In this document: positions 51,155 to 60,162 of the stretch, piece after piece
How the letters are laid out: every line of letters starts with the position of its first letter
How positions within the stretch are numbered: the first letter of the stretch is position 1
Source: Kiritimatiellia bacterium
GTDB taxonomy: Bacteria; Verrucomicrobiota; Kiritimatiellia; RFP12; UBA1067
Length of the DNA stretch: 64,000 nt
Assembly (NCBI GenBank): GCA_017652705.1
Contig: JAGCAM010000085.1
Location: 585-64,584, forward strand
Direction of reading: 5' to 3'
Notes under the pieces: model-generated
Seen by the model: the letters and a program-made list of their open reading frames with translations, nothing else
What the model was told of the DNA's origin: nothing
The model's database searches: none
Made by a program: the position numbers and the translations under genes

Positions 51155-52608
51155 AACGCCCGCCGAGAGCCGGCGGCCTGAAAGGAGTGAATCCAGTGAA
51201 GAACAAAGACGCGAAAGATAACCGGTCCGTGAAAAAAAACGCGGCCTTTTTCTGTCTCGCGGCGGCGCTTGCCGCCGGAACCGCCGCCGCGGCGAAAAGA
51301 CCAGTGCCGGAATATCTTAAAAAGGCCGTGGTCTATCAGGTGGTGCTGCGCAACTTCACCCGCGACGGAAACTTCAAGGCCGCGACCGCCATGCTCGACC
51401 ACGTGCGTTCCGCCGGCGTCGACGTCGTTTACCTCGCGCCCTTCGTCGAGATGGACCGCGACATGGATCCCGCCGGCTGGAGCCCGCGGCAGATCAGGAG
51501 CGGTTTCGGCTCACCGAAAAACTCCTACCGAATCTCCGACTACGACAAAATCGATCCGGAATACGGCGGCGACGCAGACTTCAAGGTCTTCAACGACCGC
51601 GCACACGCTCTCGGCATGAAGGTGTTCATGGACCTCGTATATCTGCACTGCGGGCCCAACAACGTGATCAAAGACAAATTCCCGGACGCGTTCCAGCGCG
51701 ACGAGAAGGGCGAAGTGCGCATGACCTACTGGCGTTTCCCCTACGTCAATTTCAAATCCAAACCGGTGCGACGGTATCTCATCGACTCGATGAAACACTG
51801 GATGCGCCTCGGCTGCGACGGTTTCCGCTGCGATGTCGGCGACGCGGTGCCGCTCGATTTCTGGGTGGAGGCGGTAGGGGAATGCCGCAAGATCGACCCG
51901 CAGCTGGTGATGATCAACGAGGGCACCAACCCGGAATGGCTGGAGAAGGCGTTCGACGCGTGCTATGCGTGGCCGTGGAGTTTCACCCTGCGCATGGCGC
52001 TCAACCCAAAAGGCATCCAGTACGGCAAAATGAAGCCCACGCTGCCGGAGCGGATGGACGAAGTGCGCGCCTACGAAGCGAAACTGCCGGCCGATTCGCT
52101 GATGTTCGCCTTTCTCGACAACCACGACACCGCCACCGACGACTGGGAGAACCGGTTCGACCGCGTGCAGCCGGTCGAAGCAGGCAACGCCGCGTTCGTG
52201 CTGACCTTTCTCCGCCGCGGACTCCCCCTCGTTTTCAACGGCAATGAAATAGCCGACAACGCCAATAATTCATTCTTCGCGCCGGTGGAGCATCCCGCGC
52301 GCGCCTACAAGACGGTCGACTGGGCGCGCGCACTGCAGCCGGCCGGCCGTGCGCGACTCGAACTCATCCGCAAACTTTCCAAGATGCGCCACGAAGACGC
52401 AATCTGGAGCGAAGGGACGATGGAGTGGGTCAAAGACGGCGAAGCCAAAGGGGTGATCGCCTTCATCCGCGCGCTCGACACGCGCAGAATGCTCGTGGCT
52501 GCGAACCTCACTGGAGAATCCGTGACCATTGACGGACTCGGAGCCTTCAAACCTTATGAATACGTCATCAGGGAAGCCCCCCCCAGGACAGGCAATTCCC
52601 GTAAATGA
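51151..52608 (+). CDS. GH13 alpha-amylase-family enzyme, secreted
   Basis: VYLAPF, DYDKIDPEYGG, GCDGFRCDVGD (catalytic nucleophile region) and FLDNHD. Confidence 0.85.
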   Translation: MKRPPRAGGLKGVNPVKNKDAKDNRSVKKNAAFFCLAAALAAGTAAAAKRPVPEYLKKAVVYQVVLRNFTRDGNFKAATAMLDHVRSAGVDVVYLAPFVEMDRDMDPAGWSPRQIRSGFGSPKNSYRISDYDKIDPEYGGDADFKVFNDRAHALGMKVFMDLVYLHCGPNNVIKDKFPDAFQRDEKGEVRMTYWRFPYVNFKSKPVRRYLIDSMKHWMRLGCDGFRCDVGDAVPLDFWVEAVGECRKIDPQLVMINEGTNPEWLEKAFDACYAWPWSFTLRMALNPKGIQYGKMKPTLPERMDEVRAYEAKLPADSLMFAFLDNHDTATDDWENRFDRVQPVEAGNAAFVLTFLRRGLPLVFNGNEIADNANNSFFAPVEHPARAYKTVDWARALQPAGRARLELIRKLSKMRHEDAIWSEGTMEWVKDGEAKGVIAFIRALDTRRMLVAANLTGESVTIDGLGAFKPYEYVIREAPPRTGNSRK

Positions 52609-52668
52609 GCGCGGCGAAGATACGAAGGCGGCCGTCGTTCCGGGCGCTTTGACATACTCTTTGCCGCG

Positions 52669-54003
52669 ATGGAGCGAGTAATGAACATCAACAAGACAAA
52701 CCCGGCGACGCTGAAGATAACCGACATGCGCTTCGCCGACATTGACGGCGCGCCGAAGCGCTGCACGCTGGTGAAACTTTTCACCAACCAGGGTCTCGTC
52801 GGCTACGGCGAAGTGCGGGACGCGAGTTCGCGCACCTACGCCGCGATGCTCAAAAGCCGCATTCTCGGCGAAAACCCCTGCAACGTCGAAAAGATTTTCC
52901 GCCGCATAAAACAGTTCGGCGGCGATTCCCGGCAGGCGGGCGGGGTCTGCGCGGTGGAGGTCGCCTGCTGGGATCTGTGCGGCAAGGCGTGGGGCCTGCC
53001 CGTATGGCAACTGCTCGGCGGCCGGTGGCGCGACCGCGTGCGCTGCTACTGCGACACAGATTCCGAAGGCGGCGGACGCGACATGGGCGCGGCGCTCAAG
53101 GCCAGAATGGCCGCGGGTTTCACTTTTCTGAAGATGGATCTCGGCGTCGAACTGCTGATGGACGTGAAGGGCGCGCTCGTCGCGCCGCTAGGCTACCTCG
53201 CCTACATGAAAAAAATGAAACACGTGGTGAAGACACCCCACGGTTCGATCGATCCCCGCGCTATGCGCGGCGAAGCGTACGATCTGTTCAACACATCCCA
53301 CGGCTTCACCGGGCTGCACATCACCGAGAAGGGGCTCGACATTCTCGAAAAATACACGGCCGACGTACGCGCGGAAATCGGCTGGGAAGTTCCCCTCGCG
53401 ATCGACCATCTCGGGCACATCCCCTACGAAGACTGCGTGGCGCTGCTGCGGCGGCTCGAGAAGTACCACCTCTCCTGGGCGGAGGATCCTCTGCCGTGGC
53501 GCAACGTCGAACAGTACCGCCAGCTCCACGCGGCGACGACCACGCCGCTCGGCACCGGCGAAGACGTTTACCTGAAGGAGTCTTTCCGTCCGCTCCTCGA
53601 ATCGCGCGCGCTCGCGGTCGTGCACCCCGACGTGCTGACGGCCGGCGGCTGTCTTGAAACTAAGAAAGTCGGCGACATGGCGGAGGAATGCGGGGTGCAG
53701 ATGAACCTGCACATGGCCGAAAGCCCCGTCGCGTGTCTCGCCGCCGTGCACGTCGCCGCCGCCACCCGCAACTTCATGGCGCTTGAACTGCATTCCGTGG
53801 ACGTGCCGTGGTGGGGCGATCTCGTCGAACCGGCCCTCGTCTGCAAAAACGGCTTCATCGAAGTGCCGGTGACACCCGGCCTCGGCATCGGGCGCCTGAA
53901 CGAACGTCTCGTGAAAAAACACGCCTGCGCCGACTTCCCGCCGCCGTGGAACTCCACAAAAGAATGGAACCGCGAATGGGCCAACGACCGGAGATGGAGC
54001 TGA
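52669..54003 (+). CDS. enolase-superfamily sugar-acid dehydratase (mandelate racemase/muconate lactonizing family)
   Basis: LVKLFTNQGLVGYGEV, AVEVACWDLCGKAWGLPVWQLLGG, LAIDHLGH and WAEDP. Confidence 0.85.
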   Translation: MERVMNINKTNPATLKITDMRFADIDGAPKRCTLVKLFTNQGLVGYGEVRDASSRTYAAMLKSRILGENPCNVEKIFRRIKQFGGDSRQAGGVCAVEVACWDLCGKAWGLPVWQLLGGRWRDRVRCYCDTDSEGGGRDMGAALKARMAAGFTFLKMDLGVELLMDVKGALVAPLGYLAYMKKMKHVVKTPHGSIDPRAMRGEAYDLFNTSHGFTGLHITEKGLDILEKYTADVRAEIGWEVPLAIDHLGHIPYEDCVALLRRLEKYHLSWAEDPLPWRNVEQYRQLHAATTTPLGTGEDVYLKESFRPLLESRALAVVHPDVLTAGGCLETKKVGDMAEECGVQMNLHMAESPVACLAAVHVAAATRNFMALELHSVDVPWWGDLVEPALVCKNGFIEVPVTPGLGIGRLNERLVKKHACADFPPPWNSTKEWNREWANDRRWS

Positions 54004-55268
54004 TGAAGCCGCCGGCCGACCGTTACAAATGGTTCGCGCTCGCGATTCTCTGGGTGGCGTTCTTTCTCCAGCAGGGTTCGCGGCAGATATTTTCCGCCAC
54101 GCTGCCCGCTATACAGAACGCTTTCGGCGCGACGCGGGCCGATCTCGGTCTGGTGGCGACGGTCTTCACTTTCGTTTACGGCGTGTGCGTGCCGTTCGCC
54201 GGCCTGGCGAGCGACATGCTGCGGCGCAAATGGATGGTCGTCGCCGGGGTGCTGGTCTTTTCGGCGGGCGTGTTCTGCTCCGGCTTCGCCGCCGGCGTCG
54301 GCCTGCTCATTCTTTTCTACGGTGTCGTGAACGGTCTCGGTCAGACTTTCTACTATCCGGCTTCGACCTCGCTCGTTTCGCAGCTCCACGCCGAAACCCG
54401 CGCGACCGCGCTCGGCATTCTCCAGTTCGGCCTCTACGCCGGCATCATCCTCTGCTCGTGGGCGAGCGGGTTTTTCGCCGACCTCGGGCCGGGCGGCTGG
54501 AAAACCCCGTTCTTCATCTTCGGCGGCGTGGGCGTCGCGTGGGCGTTCGCTTGCATGGTGTTTCTCGCCGACACCCCGCCGGCGGCGGCACCGGACGGAG
54601 CGTCCGGGCGAGCGACGCCGCGCGAAGCGCTGAAAGCGATCGTCGCCAATCCGGTGGCGCTGCTGCTCGCGGCGGCGTTCGGCATGCATGTCTACGTCGA
54701 CGTCGGCTATAAAACATGGATGCCAGACTTCCTGTTCAAAACGTTCGCCGCCGACGGCATAACCAGGGCGAACGCCGCGCTCAACGCCGTTCTCTGGCAC
54801 TATCTCGGCGCGTTCGCTGGCGTCGCCGCCGGCAGCCGTTTCGCCGACCGCAGCGTCAAAAACCGCCCGTCGGCGCGCCATGAGACGTGCGCTTTCGGCA
54901 TGCTCTTCGCCGCCCTGTTCATCCTCGCCACCGCCCTCGCGCCGTCGCTCGGCCCCGGCCGCGGCGCTTTCGCCGCGTGCTGCGCCGCGTCCGCGCTGTT
55001 CGGACTTTTCCGCGGCTTTTTCGATTCCAACCTTTTCGCCGCGCTTTTCGACGCGGTGGCTCCGCGCTACCACGCGTCGGCGACCGGGCTCATTCTCTGC
55101 GCGGCGTTCGTGGTCGGTTCGTCGTCCGGTTACGTGCTGGGTCTCATCAAGACTCCCGCCGCAGGGCTCGCCTCACTTGCCCCGGTGTATTTCGCCGGCG
55201 GACTCGTGCTGCTCGTCTCGCGCCGCGCGGTGAACAGGGTGAAATTCACGGAACACACGCCATGCTGA
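54003..55268 (+). CDS. MFS transporter (sugar-acid/anion type)
   Basis: MKPPADRYKWFALAILWVAFFLQQGSRQ and GLASDMLRRKW, with 12 predicted TM helices. Alternative ATG at 53994. The 501-aa minus ORF 53568..55073 is a shadow. Confidence 0.85.
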   Translation: MKPPADRYKWFALAILWVAFFLQQGSRQIFSATLPAIQNAFGATRADLGLVATVFTFVYGVCVPFAGLASDMLRRKWMVVAGVLVFSAGVFCSGFAAGVGLLILFYGVVNGLGQTFYYPASTSLVSQLHAETRATALGILQFGLYAGIILCSWASGFFADLGPGGWKTPFFIFGGVGVAWAFACMVFLADTPPAAAPDGASGRATPREALKAIVANPVALLLAAAFGMHVYVDVGYKTWMPDFLFKTFAADGITRANAALNAVLWHYLGAFAGVAAGSRFADRSVKNRPSARHETCAFGMLFAALFILATALAPSLGPGRGAFAACCAASALFGLFRGFFDSNLFAALFDAVAPRYHASATGLILCAAFVVGSSSGYVLGLIKTPAAGLASLAPVYFAGGLVLLVSRRAVNRVKFTEHTPC

Positions 55269-56011
55269 AAGAGAAATTCAACCTAACGGGCCGCAACGCC
55301 CTCGTAACCGGCTCGGCGCGCGGCATCGGCCGCGCCATTGCCGTCGCTTTCGCCGAATACGGCGCCCACCTGACGGTGCATGGATCTAAAGAATCCGCCC
55401 CGCTTGAAGAGGCTCTCGCTCTCGTCAGAGCCTTCGACCCCGCCGCGGAGAAGTGGGTGGCCGACCTGCGCGACCCCGCCGCCGTCGAAACCCTGCCGAA
55501 AGACGTCGACATTCTTGTGTGCAACGCCTCGGTGCAGTCCAACCTCAAATGGTGGGATGTGCCGCGCGAAACGGTGCTCGAACAGATGCAGGTCAATTTC
55601 AATTCCACCCTCAGGATGTTCCAGCTCGCCTTCCCGCGCATGAAGGAGCGCCGGTGGGGTAGGCTCATCACCGTCGGCAGCGTTCAGGAGCGCCGCCCCC
55701 ATCCGGAAATGCCGGTCTACGCCGCATCCAAAAGCGCGCAGGAGAATCTCGTGAGAAACATCGCGCGGCAGGCGGCGGCAGACGGCGTCACCGTGAACAA
55801 CATCTGTCCGGGCGTGTTCTTCACCGACCGCAACAAGGCCGCGCTCGGCGACCCGGTGTACGGCCGGCGCGTGACGGACGCGATTCCGGTGCACTGTTAC
55901 GCGATGCCCGAAGACGCCGCAGGCGCGGCGGTGCTGCTCGCTTCCGACGCCGGCCGCTACATCACCGGCGCGACCATTCTCATCGACGGCGGACTTTCCC
56001 TGCCCGGCTGA
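55262..56011 (+). CDS. SDR-family oxidoreductase
   Basis: VTGSARGIGRAIA, NAS and YAASKSA. The start overlaps the MFS stop (ATGCTGA). Confidence 0.9.
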   Translation: MLKEKFNLTGRNALVTGSARGIGRAIAVAFAEYGAHLTVHGSKESAPLEEALALVRAFDPAAEKWVADLRDPAAVETLPKDVDILVCNASVQSNLKWWDVPRETVLEQMQVNFNSTLRMFQLAFPRMKERRWGRLITVGSVQERRPHPEMPVYAASKSAQENLVRNIARQAAADGVTVNNICPGVFFTDRNKAALGDPVYGRRVTDAIPVHCYAMPEDAAGAAVLLASDAGRYITGATILIDGGLSLPG

Positions 56012-56017
56012 AAAATC

Positions 56018-56671
56018 ATGGAAATATTCAATTACCGTTTCAAGGATGAAGCGCTCCTGCGCGAGGCGCTCACCACGCCTGAGAGGCGGATGGACGAACC
56101 CGGCGCCGCCGACAACCAGCGGCTCGAGTTTCTCGGCGACGCGGTGCTCGGCCTGCTCAGCGCGGAACTGCTGTTCGGTGAGTTTCCTTCGGAGCGCGAA
56201 GGTTCGCTGACCGTCCGCCGCGCGCACATTGTTTCGTCGGCGGCGCTCTGCGAAGCGGCGGACCGGGCCGGTCTCGGAGGACTGCTGATCCGGAACCGCG
56301 GCGCGAAAAAACTGCCTAAGGATTCAAAGATTCTGGCCGACGCGGTGGAGGCGGTGCTCGGGGCTGCCTACGTGGACGGCGGTCTCGAAGCGGCGCGTAC
56401 GGTGTTTGAAGCGACCGGCGTCGCCGCCAACGCGCTTGGCGGGGAGTGGAGCGGCAATCCGAAGGGTGAGCTGCAGGTGCGCACTCAGGCGATGAACCCG
56501 CCGCGGCTGCCGGCCTATGAAATCGTCAGTATCGCCGGTGTGGCGCACAAGCCGGTCTTCACGGTGAGAGTCGAGGTCGAAGGGGCGGGCTCCGCCGTTG
56601 CTTCCGCCGGCAGTCGCCACGGCGCAGAATCCGCCGCCGCCGCCGAACTGCTGAAAAAGGCCTTTCGGTAG
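56018..56671 (+). CDS. rnc: ribonuclease III
   Basis: NQRLEFLGDAVLG signature, DAVEAVLGA, and a C-terminal dsRBD. Confidence 0.93.
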   Translation: MEIFNYRFKDEALLREALTTPERRMDEPGAADNQRLEFLGDAVLGLLSAELLFGEFPSEREGSLTVRRAHIVSSAALCEAADRAGLGGLLIRNRGAKKLPKDSKILADAVEAVLGAAYVDGGLEAARTVFEATGVAANALGGEWSGNPKGELQVRTQAMNPPRLPAYEIVSIAGVAHKPVFTVRVEVEGAGSAVASAGSRHGAESAAAAELLKKAFR

Positions 56672-57030
56672 GTGGACGGCATTGGTATGGCGCATATCCC
56701 GGTTCGTCAATGCCCTCAACACGCTTACCCCGATTTTTAACGGGCCTCCCGTGAGGCAATAGCGTCGGGCGGGGCGAACCTCCGCCCCGACCGCTGCGCA
56801 GCATGAAAAAGGCGGCATTACCCCTCCATTTTCTGCTATGCTGGCAGTGCTAAACCAGACCCTGAAAACCGGCCCGGGCCGGCGCTTTTCCGTCCGAGAA
56901 TCCGTCATTGAAGAAAGTCCCTGCCAGTTTTTGATCTCCCTGAAAATATTTTCTAATGTTTACAGGGAGATGGCACGATTCCCGGAAAATTTTCCAGGAG
57001 CCCCCCCCCTTGCGTGTTTCGGAGAGAATA

Positions 57031-57039
57031 TGATATAAT
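57031..57039 (+). promoter_or_regulatory. extended -10 box TGATATAAT in front of tRNA-Ala
   Basis: GAGAATATGATATAATACAC ends 20 nt before the tRNA 5' end. Confidence 0.55.
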
Positions 57040-57058
57040 ACACGCAATACCGGCAAAT

Positions 57059-57134
57059 GGGGAAGTAGCTCAGTTGGTAGAGCATCACGTTCGCAACGTG
57101 GGGGTCGAGAGTTCGAATCTCTTCTTCTCCACCA
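57059..57134 (+). tRNA. tRNA-Ala (anticodon CGC), CCA encoded
   Basis: Hand-folded. Acceptor GGGGAAG/CTTCTCC with the G3:U70 alanine identity pair, anticodon loop TTCGCAA, T loop TTCGAAT; 76 nt. Minus ORF 56850..57173 overlaps it and is spurious. Confidence 0.95.
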
Positions 57135-57160
57135 TTTAACGGAACAGAAGAGAGACAACG

Positions 57161-57544
57161 GTGATTTGTCCATTCAGGGAGTCAATGATGAAGGGGTCAC
57201 TGATGAAAAGTTCGTCAAATTATCGCGTCTCATTGCAGTTTCTCCTTATGGCTAACGTGGTTGATTATACGAAGATTGAAGTTTATGGTGAATGGACATT
57301 GTTCGGGGCGGTGACCGGCATTGCTTCGGGGCGGTTTGCGCTGATCGGCTCGCAATACCTGACGGGGTATCCAACGTTTGCCGCCACCTCTGTTGCACAC
57401 AATTTTTCCCGCAAGTTCGCCAACAAAACCGTCGTCTCCGTCGGGGGCGGGACGGAGCCGGCCGAGTTGGAGATTGATGACGGGGGTTTTCTCGACATAA
57501 ACGGCGGAAACATCCTCGTGGACTCTGCGGGTGGTGAAAAATGA
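57161..57544 (+). CDS. hypothetical small protein, possibly a truncated beta-strand-repeat (autotransporter-like) gene remnant
   Basis: Lower-GC segment right after tRNA-Ala. The C-terminal VGGGTEPAELEIDDGGFLDINGGNILVDSAGG resembles passenger-type repeats. The start is ambiguous (GTG 57161, or ATGs at 57185/57203). Confidence 0.3.
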   Translation: MICPFRESMMKGSLMKSSSNYRVSLQFLLMANVVDYTKIEVYGEWTLFGAVTGIASGRFALIGSQYLTGYPTFAATSVAHNFSRKFANKTVVSVGGGTEPAELEIDDGGFLDINGGNILVDSAGGEK

Positions 57545-57629
57545 AGACGAAACTTGTCAAGTTCGTTTGCGCGGGTTCGGCGCCGTCAGCGCCAGTCAAT
57601 TTCATGCGAATCAATGAGAGAGGTGAAAA

Positions 57630-58967
57630 ATGAAAGCATCAAGAAGAGAATTCCTGAAGGCGTCGGCGGCGTTCGGCGCGTTCAACGTCATTCCCGCGCG
57701 GGTGCTGCGGGGCGAGACCGCGCCTTCCAACCAGCTGACGCGCGCGATCATCGGCTATGGCGGCATCGCCAGAGGCGGCAACCACATGAACGACGCGAAT
57801 GGCGCCTATGCGCGCGTCGTCGCCGTCTGCGATCCCGACGCGCTTCACGTCAAGGACGGGCTCGATGCCGCCGTCAAGAGAGGCTATGGCAGGATAAAGG
57901 GGTGCAGGGACTTCCGCGAACTTATCGCCGACAGTTCAATCGACGTCGTCCATATCTGCACGCCGCCGCACTGGCACGGTTGCATGAGCGCGATGGCCGC
58001 GAATGCCGGCAAGGACATCTGGTGCGAAAAACCGATGACGCGCACTGTCGGCGAAGGCAAACGCGTGATGGAGCTCGTCAAGAAGAACAAGCGGATGTTC
58101 CGCCTCAACACCTGGTTCCGCTTCCAGGGCAACTATTATGGCTTCGGCACTACGGTGAAGCCGATCCGCCAGATCGTCGAGAACGGCCTTTTGGGCAAGG
58201 GGCCGGTGCGCTGCGTTTTCGGCGCGGGTCAGGGCTTCGACTGGAAGTTCTTCTGGTCGGGCAGGGTCAATCTTGATCCGGAGCCGGTCCCCACCACGTT
58301 TGACTGGGATCTTTGGCTCGGCCCTGCGCCGTGGAAACCATACAATTCGCACCGCACGCACCACACGTTCCGCGGCTACTGGGATTATGACGCGGGAGGT
58401 CTTGGCGACATGGCTCAGCACTATCTCGACCCGTTGCAGTACCTCCTCTGCAAGGACGAGACGAGTCCGGTGAAGATCGACTACATCGGTCCAAAGCAGC
58501 ATCCGGACGTGGTAGGGCGCTTCGACCGCATCACGTTGACGTACGACGACGGCACGGAGGTGATCCTCGACGGCAACGGGACGCTGAAGGAAGAGCCTCT
58601 GCTTCGCGGTTCCAACGGACTCTGCGTCTACAAGAAGGGCGACGGCAGCTCGACGCTCCGGCTCAAGGACGAAAACGGCTGGTGGGACGACAACAAGGTC
58701 GTCGCCAAACTGAAGGAACTTCCCGAGCCGGCCGCCCAGCAGACCGACTTCGCGGATTCGATCCGCATGCGCCGCCGTTTCTGCCTGAACGAGGAGACGG
58801 GCTTCCGCTCCTGCACGATGTTCAACCTGGCTATCGTCGCCGAGCGTCTCGGGCGCGGCTTCGAGTTCGATCCCGTGACCCTGCACGCCAGGGACGACGT
58901 CGCGGCAGAGCGCTTCCTCTACCAGTCGATGCGCGAACCATGGGCCGGCGAGTTCATGAAGGGCTGA
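57630..58967 (+). CDS. Gfo/Idh/MocA-family oxidoreductase with TAT signal
   Basis: MKASRREFLKASAAFGAF twin-arginine signal; IIGYGGIARGG Rossmann start; EKPM motif. Confidence 0.9.
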   Translation: MKASRREFLKASAAFGAFNVIPARVLRGETAPSNQLTRAIIGYGGIARGGNHMNDANGAYARVVAVCDPDALHVKDGLDAAVKRGYGRIKGCRDFRELIADSSIDVVHICTPPHWHGCMSAMAANAGKDIWCEKPMTRTVGEGKRVMELVKKNKRMFRLNTWFRFQGNYYGFGTTVKPIRQIVENGLLGKGPVRCVFGAGQGFDWKFFWSGRVNLDPEPVPTTFDWDLWLGPAPWKPYNSHRTHHTFRGYWDYDAGGLGDMAQHYLDPLQYLLCKDETSPVKIDYIGPKQHPDVVGRFDRITLTYDDGTEVILDGNGTLKEEPLLRGSNGLCVYKKGDGSSTLRLKDENGWWDDNKVVAKLKELPEPAAQQTDFADSIRMRRRFCLNEETGFRSCTMFNLAIVAERLGRGFEFDPVTLHARDDVAAERFLYQSMREPWAGEFMKG

Positions 58968-58983
58968 AATCAAAGAAAGGCGA

Positions 58984-60045
58984 ATGCAGGTGAAGAATCG
59001 CATTGTGGCGCTGGTTCTGACTGCGGCGGCTGCGGCTTTTGCCGAACAGAACATCGTGCGCGAACAGGTCTGCGGAAAGACGAAGCCGGCCTCCGAGTTG
59101 CGGACTGTCCGTCCCGACCGGAAGCCACCGTTTCGTTTTACCGTCTTAAACTGCGAGTGCGTCAACCAGGCGCCGGGGCAGTGCGTGGTCATCGAGACGC
59201 CGGAGGGCAAGGTGTTCGCCTTCGACACGGCCAACGGCAATATCGGCGACGAGAAGAACCCGGCCTGCCGCTCGAACGGCAAAGACATCCTTGTGCCGTT
59301 TCTCAAGAAGCGCGGCTATGATCATTTGGACGGTCTTATCATCAGCCACGCCCACATCGACCATTTCGGCGGGTTCAACTGGCTCAAGTACAACTGGCCC
59401 GTTTCGCGCCTGTGGGATAACGGCTTCATGATGCCGGGGATGGATCCGAAGGACTACCGCGGCGAACTCGGCGCCTACGCGCGCCTGCGCGACGAGTTCT
59501 CCGCTGAGAACCCGGGCGCCTATCAGGTTGTCCATGCGGGCATGAAGCTCGACTGGGGCAAGGATGTCGACGTCGAGGTCATCTGGCCGCCGAAGGGGGG
59601 GGTCGCCATCCTGAAGGACCGCGCGAATCCCAAGGAGGACACGCCTGTCCACCATCTTGTGAACGCCAGCTCGATCGCCGTGCGGATCACCTACGGGGAA
59701 GTCTCGTTTTTCATCGCCGGCGACATTCAGGAGGACTATTTCGAGCGGAGCATGGCCAGGCAGGTGCCGCCGGAGAAGTTGAAGTGCGACGTGTGCGTTC
59801 TGCCGGCGCACGGCATCCACACGACGAAGTTAGAGGCGTCGCTCACGCGTCCGAAACTCGCCCTGATCGGCATCGGCAACCGCACTTACATGTACGAGAC
59901 GCCGAAGGTGGCGCGGCGCATTTACGAGGCGGTCGGTTCGAAGGTCTACGTCTCGAACGAAGTCGGCGACATCACGGTGACGACCGACGGCAAGAGCCTT
60001 GACGTCTCGACCAACGGTCGGTTGTATCCGAAGCTCACAAAATAG
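58984..60045 (+). CDS. secreted MBL-fold metallo-hydrolase
   Basis: Signal peptide; LIISHAHIDHFGG (HxHxDH). Confidence 0.85.
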   Translation: MQVKNRIVALVLTAAAAAFAEQNIVREQVCGKTKPASELRTVRPDRKPPFRFTVLNCECVNQAPGQCVVIETPEGKVFAFDTANGNIGDEKNPACRSNGKDILVPFLKKRGYDHLDGLIISHAHIDHFGGFNWLKYNWPVSRLWDNGFMMPGMDPKDYRGELGAYARLRDEFSAENPGAYQVVHAGMKLDWGKDVDVEVIWPPKGGVAILKDRANPKEDTPVHHLVNASSIAVRITYGEVSFFIAGDIQEDYFERSMARQVPPEKLKCDVCVLPAHGIHTTKLEASLTRPKLALIGIGNRTYMYETPKVARRIYEAVGSKVYVSNEVGDITVTTDGKSLDVSTNGRLYPKLTK

Positions 60046-60114
60046 CCGTCTGATGTCATGGGCGTGAAACCGGGAATGTCCGCCAGCATGCGTCGGGAAA
60101 ATCGCCGGAAAATA

Positions 60115-60123
60115 TGATATAAT
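60115..60123 (+). promoter_or_regulatory. extended -10 box TGATATAAT for glgA
   Basis: GGAAAATATGATATAATGTAC lies 40 nt before ATG 60163. Confidence 0.5.
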
Positions 60124-60162
60124 GTACGGCGTTGGAATAATGAAACAAGGTAGAAAGAGGAA

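Noticed and set aside
56850-57173. 107-aa minus ORF, and the 41644 start of the valS track ORF
   Set aside because: Both overlap well-folded tRNA genes (tRNA-Ala, tRNA-Arg). They are spurious, or the start has been reassigned.
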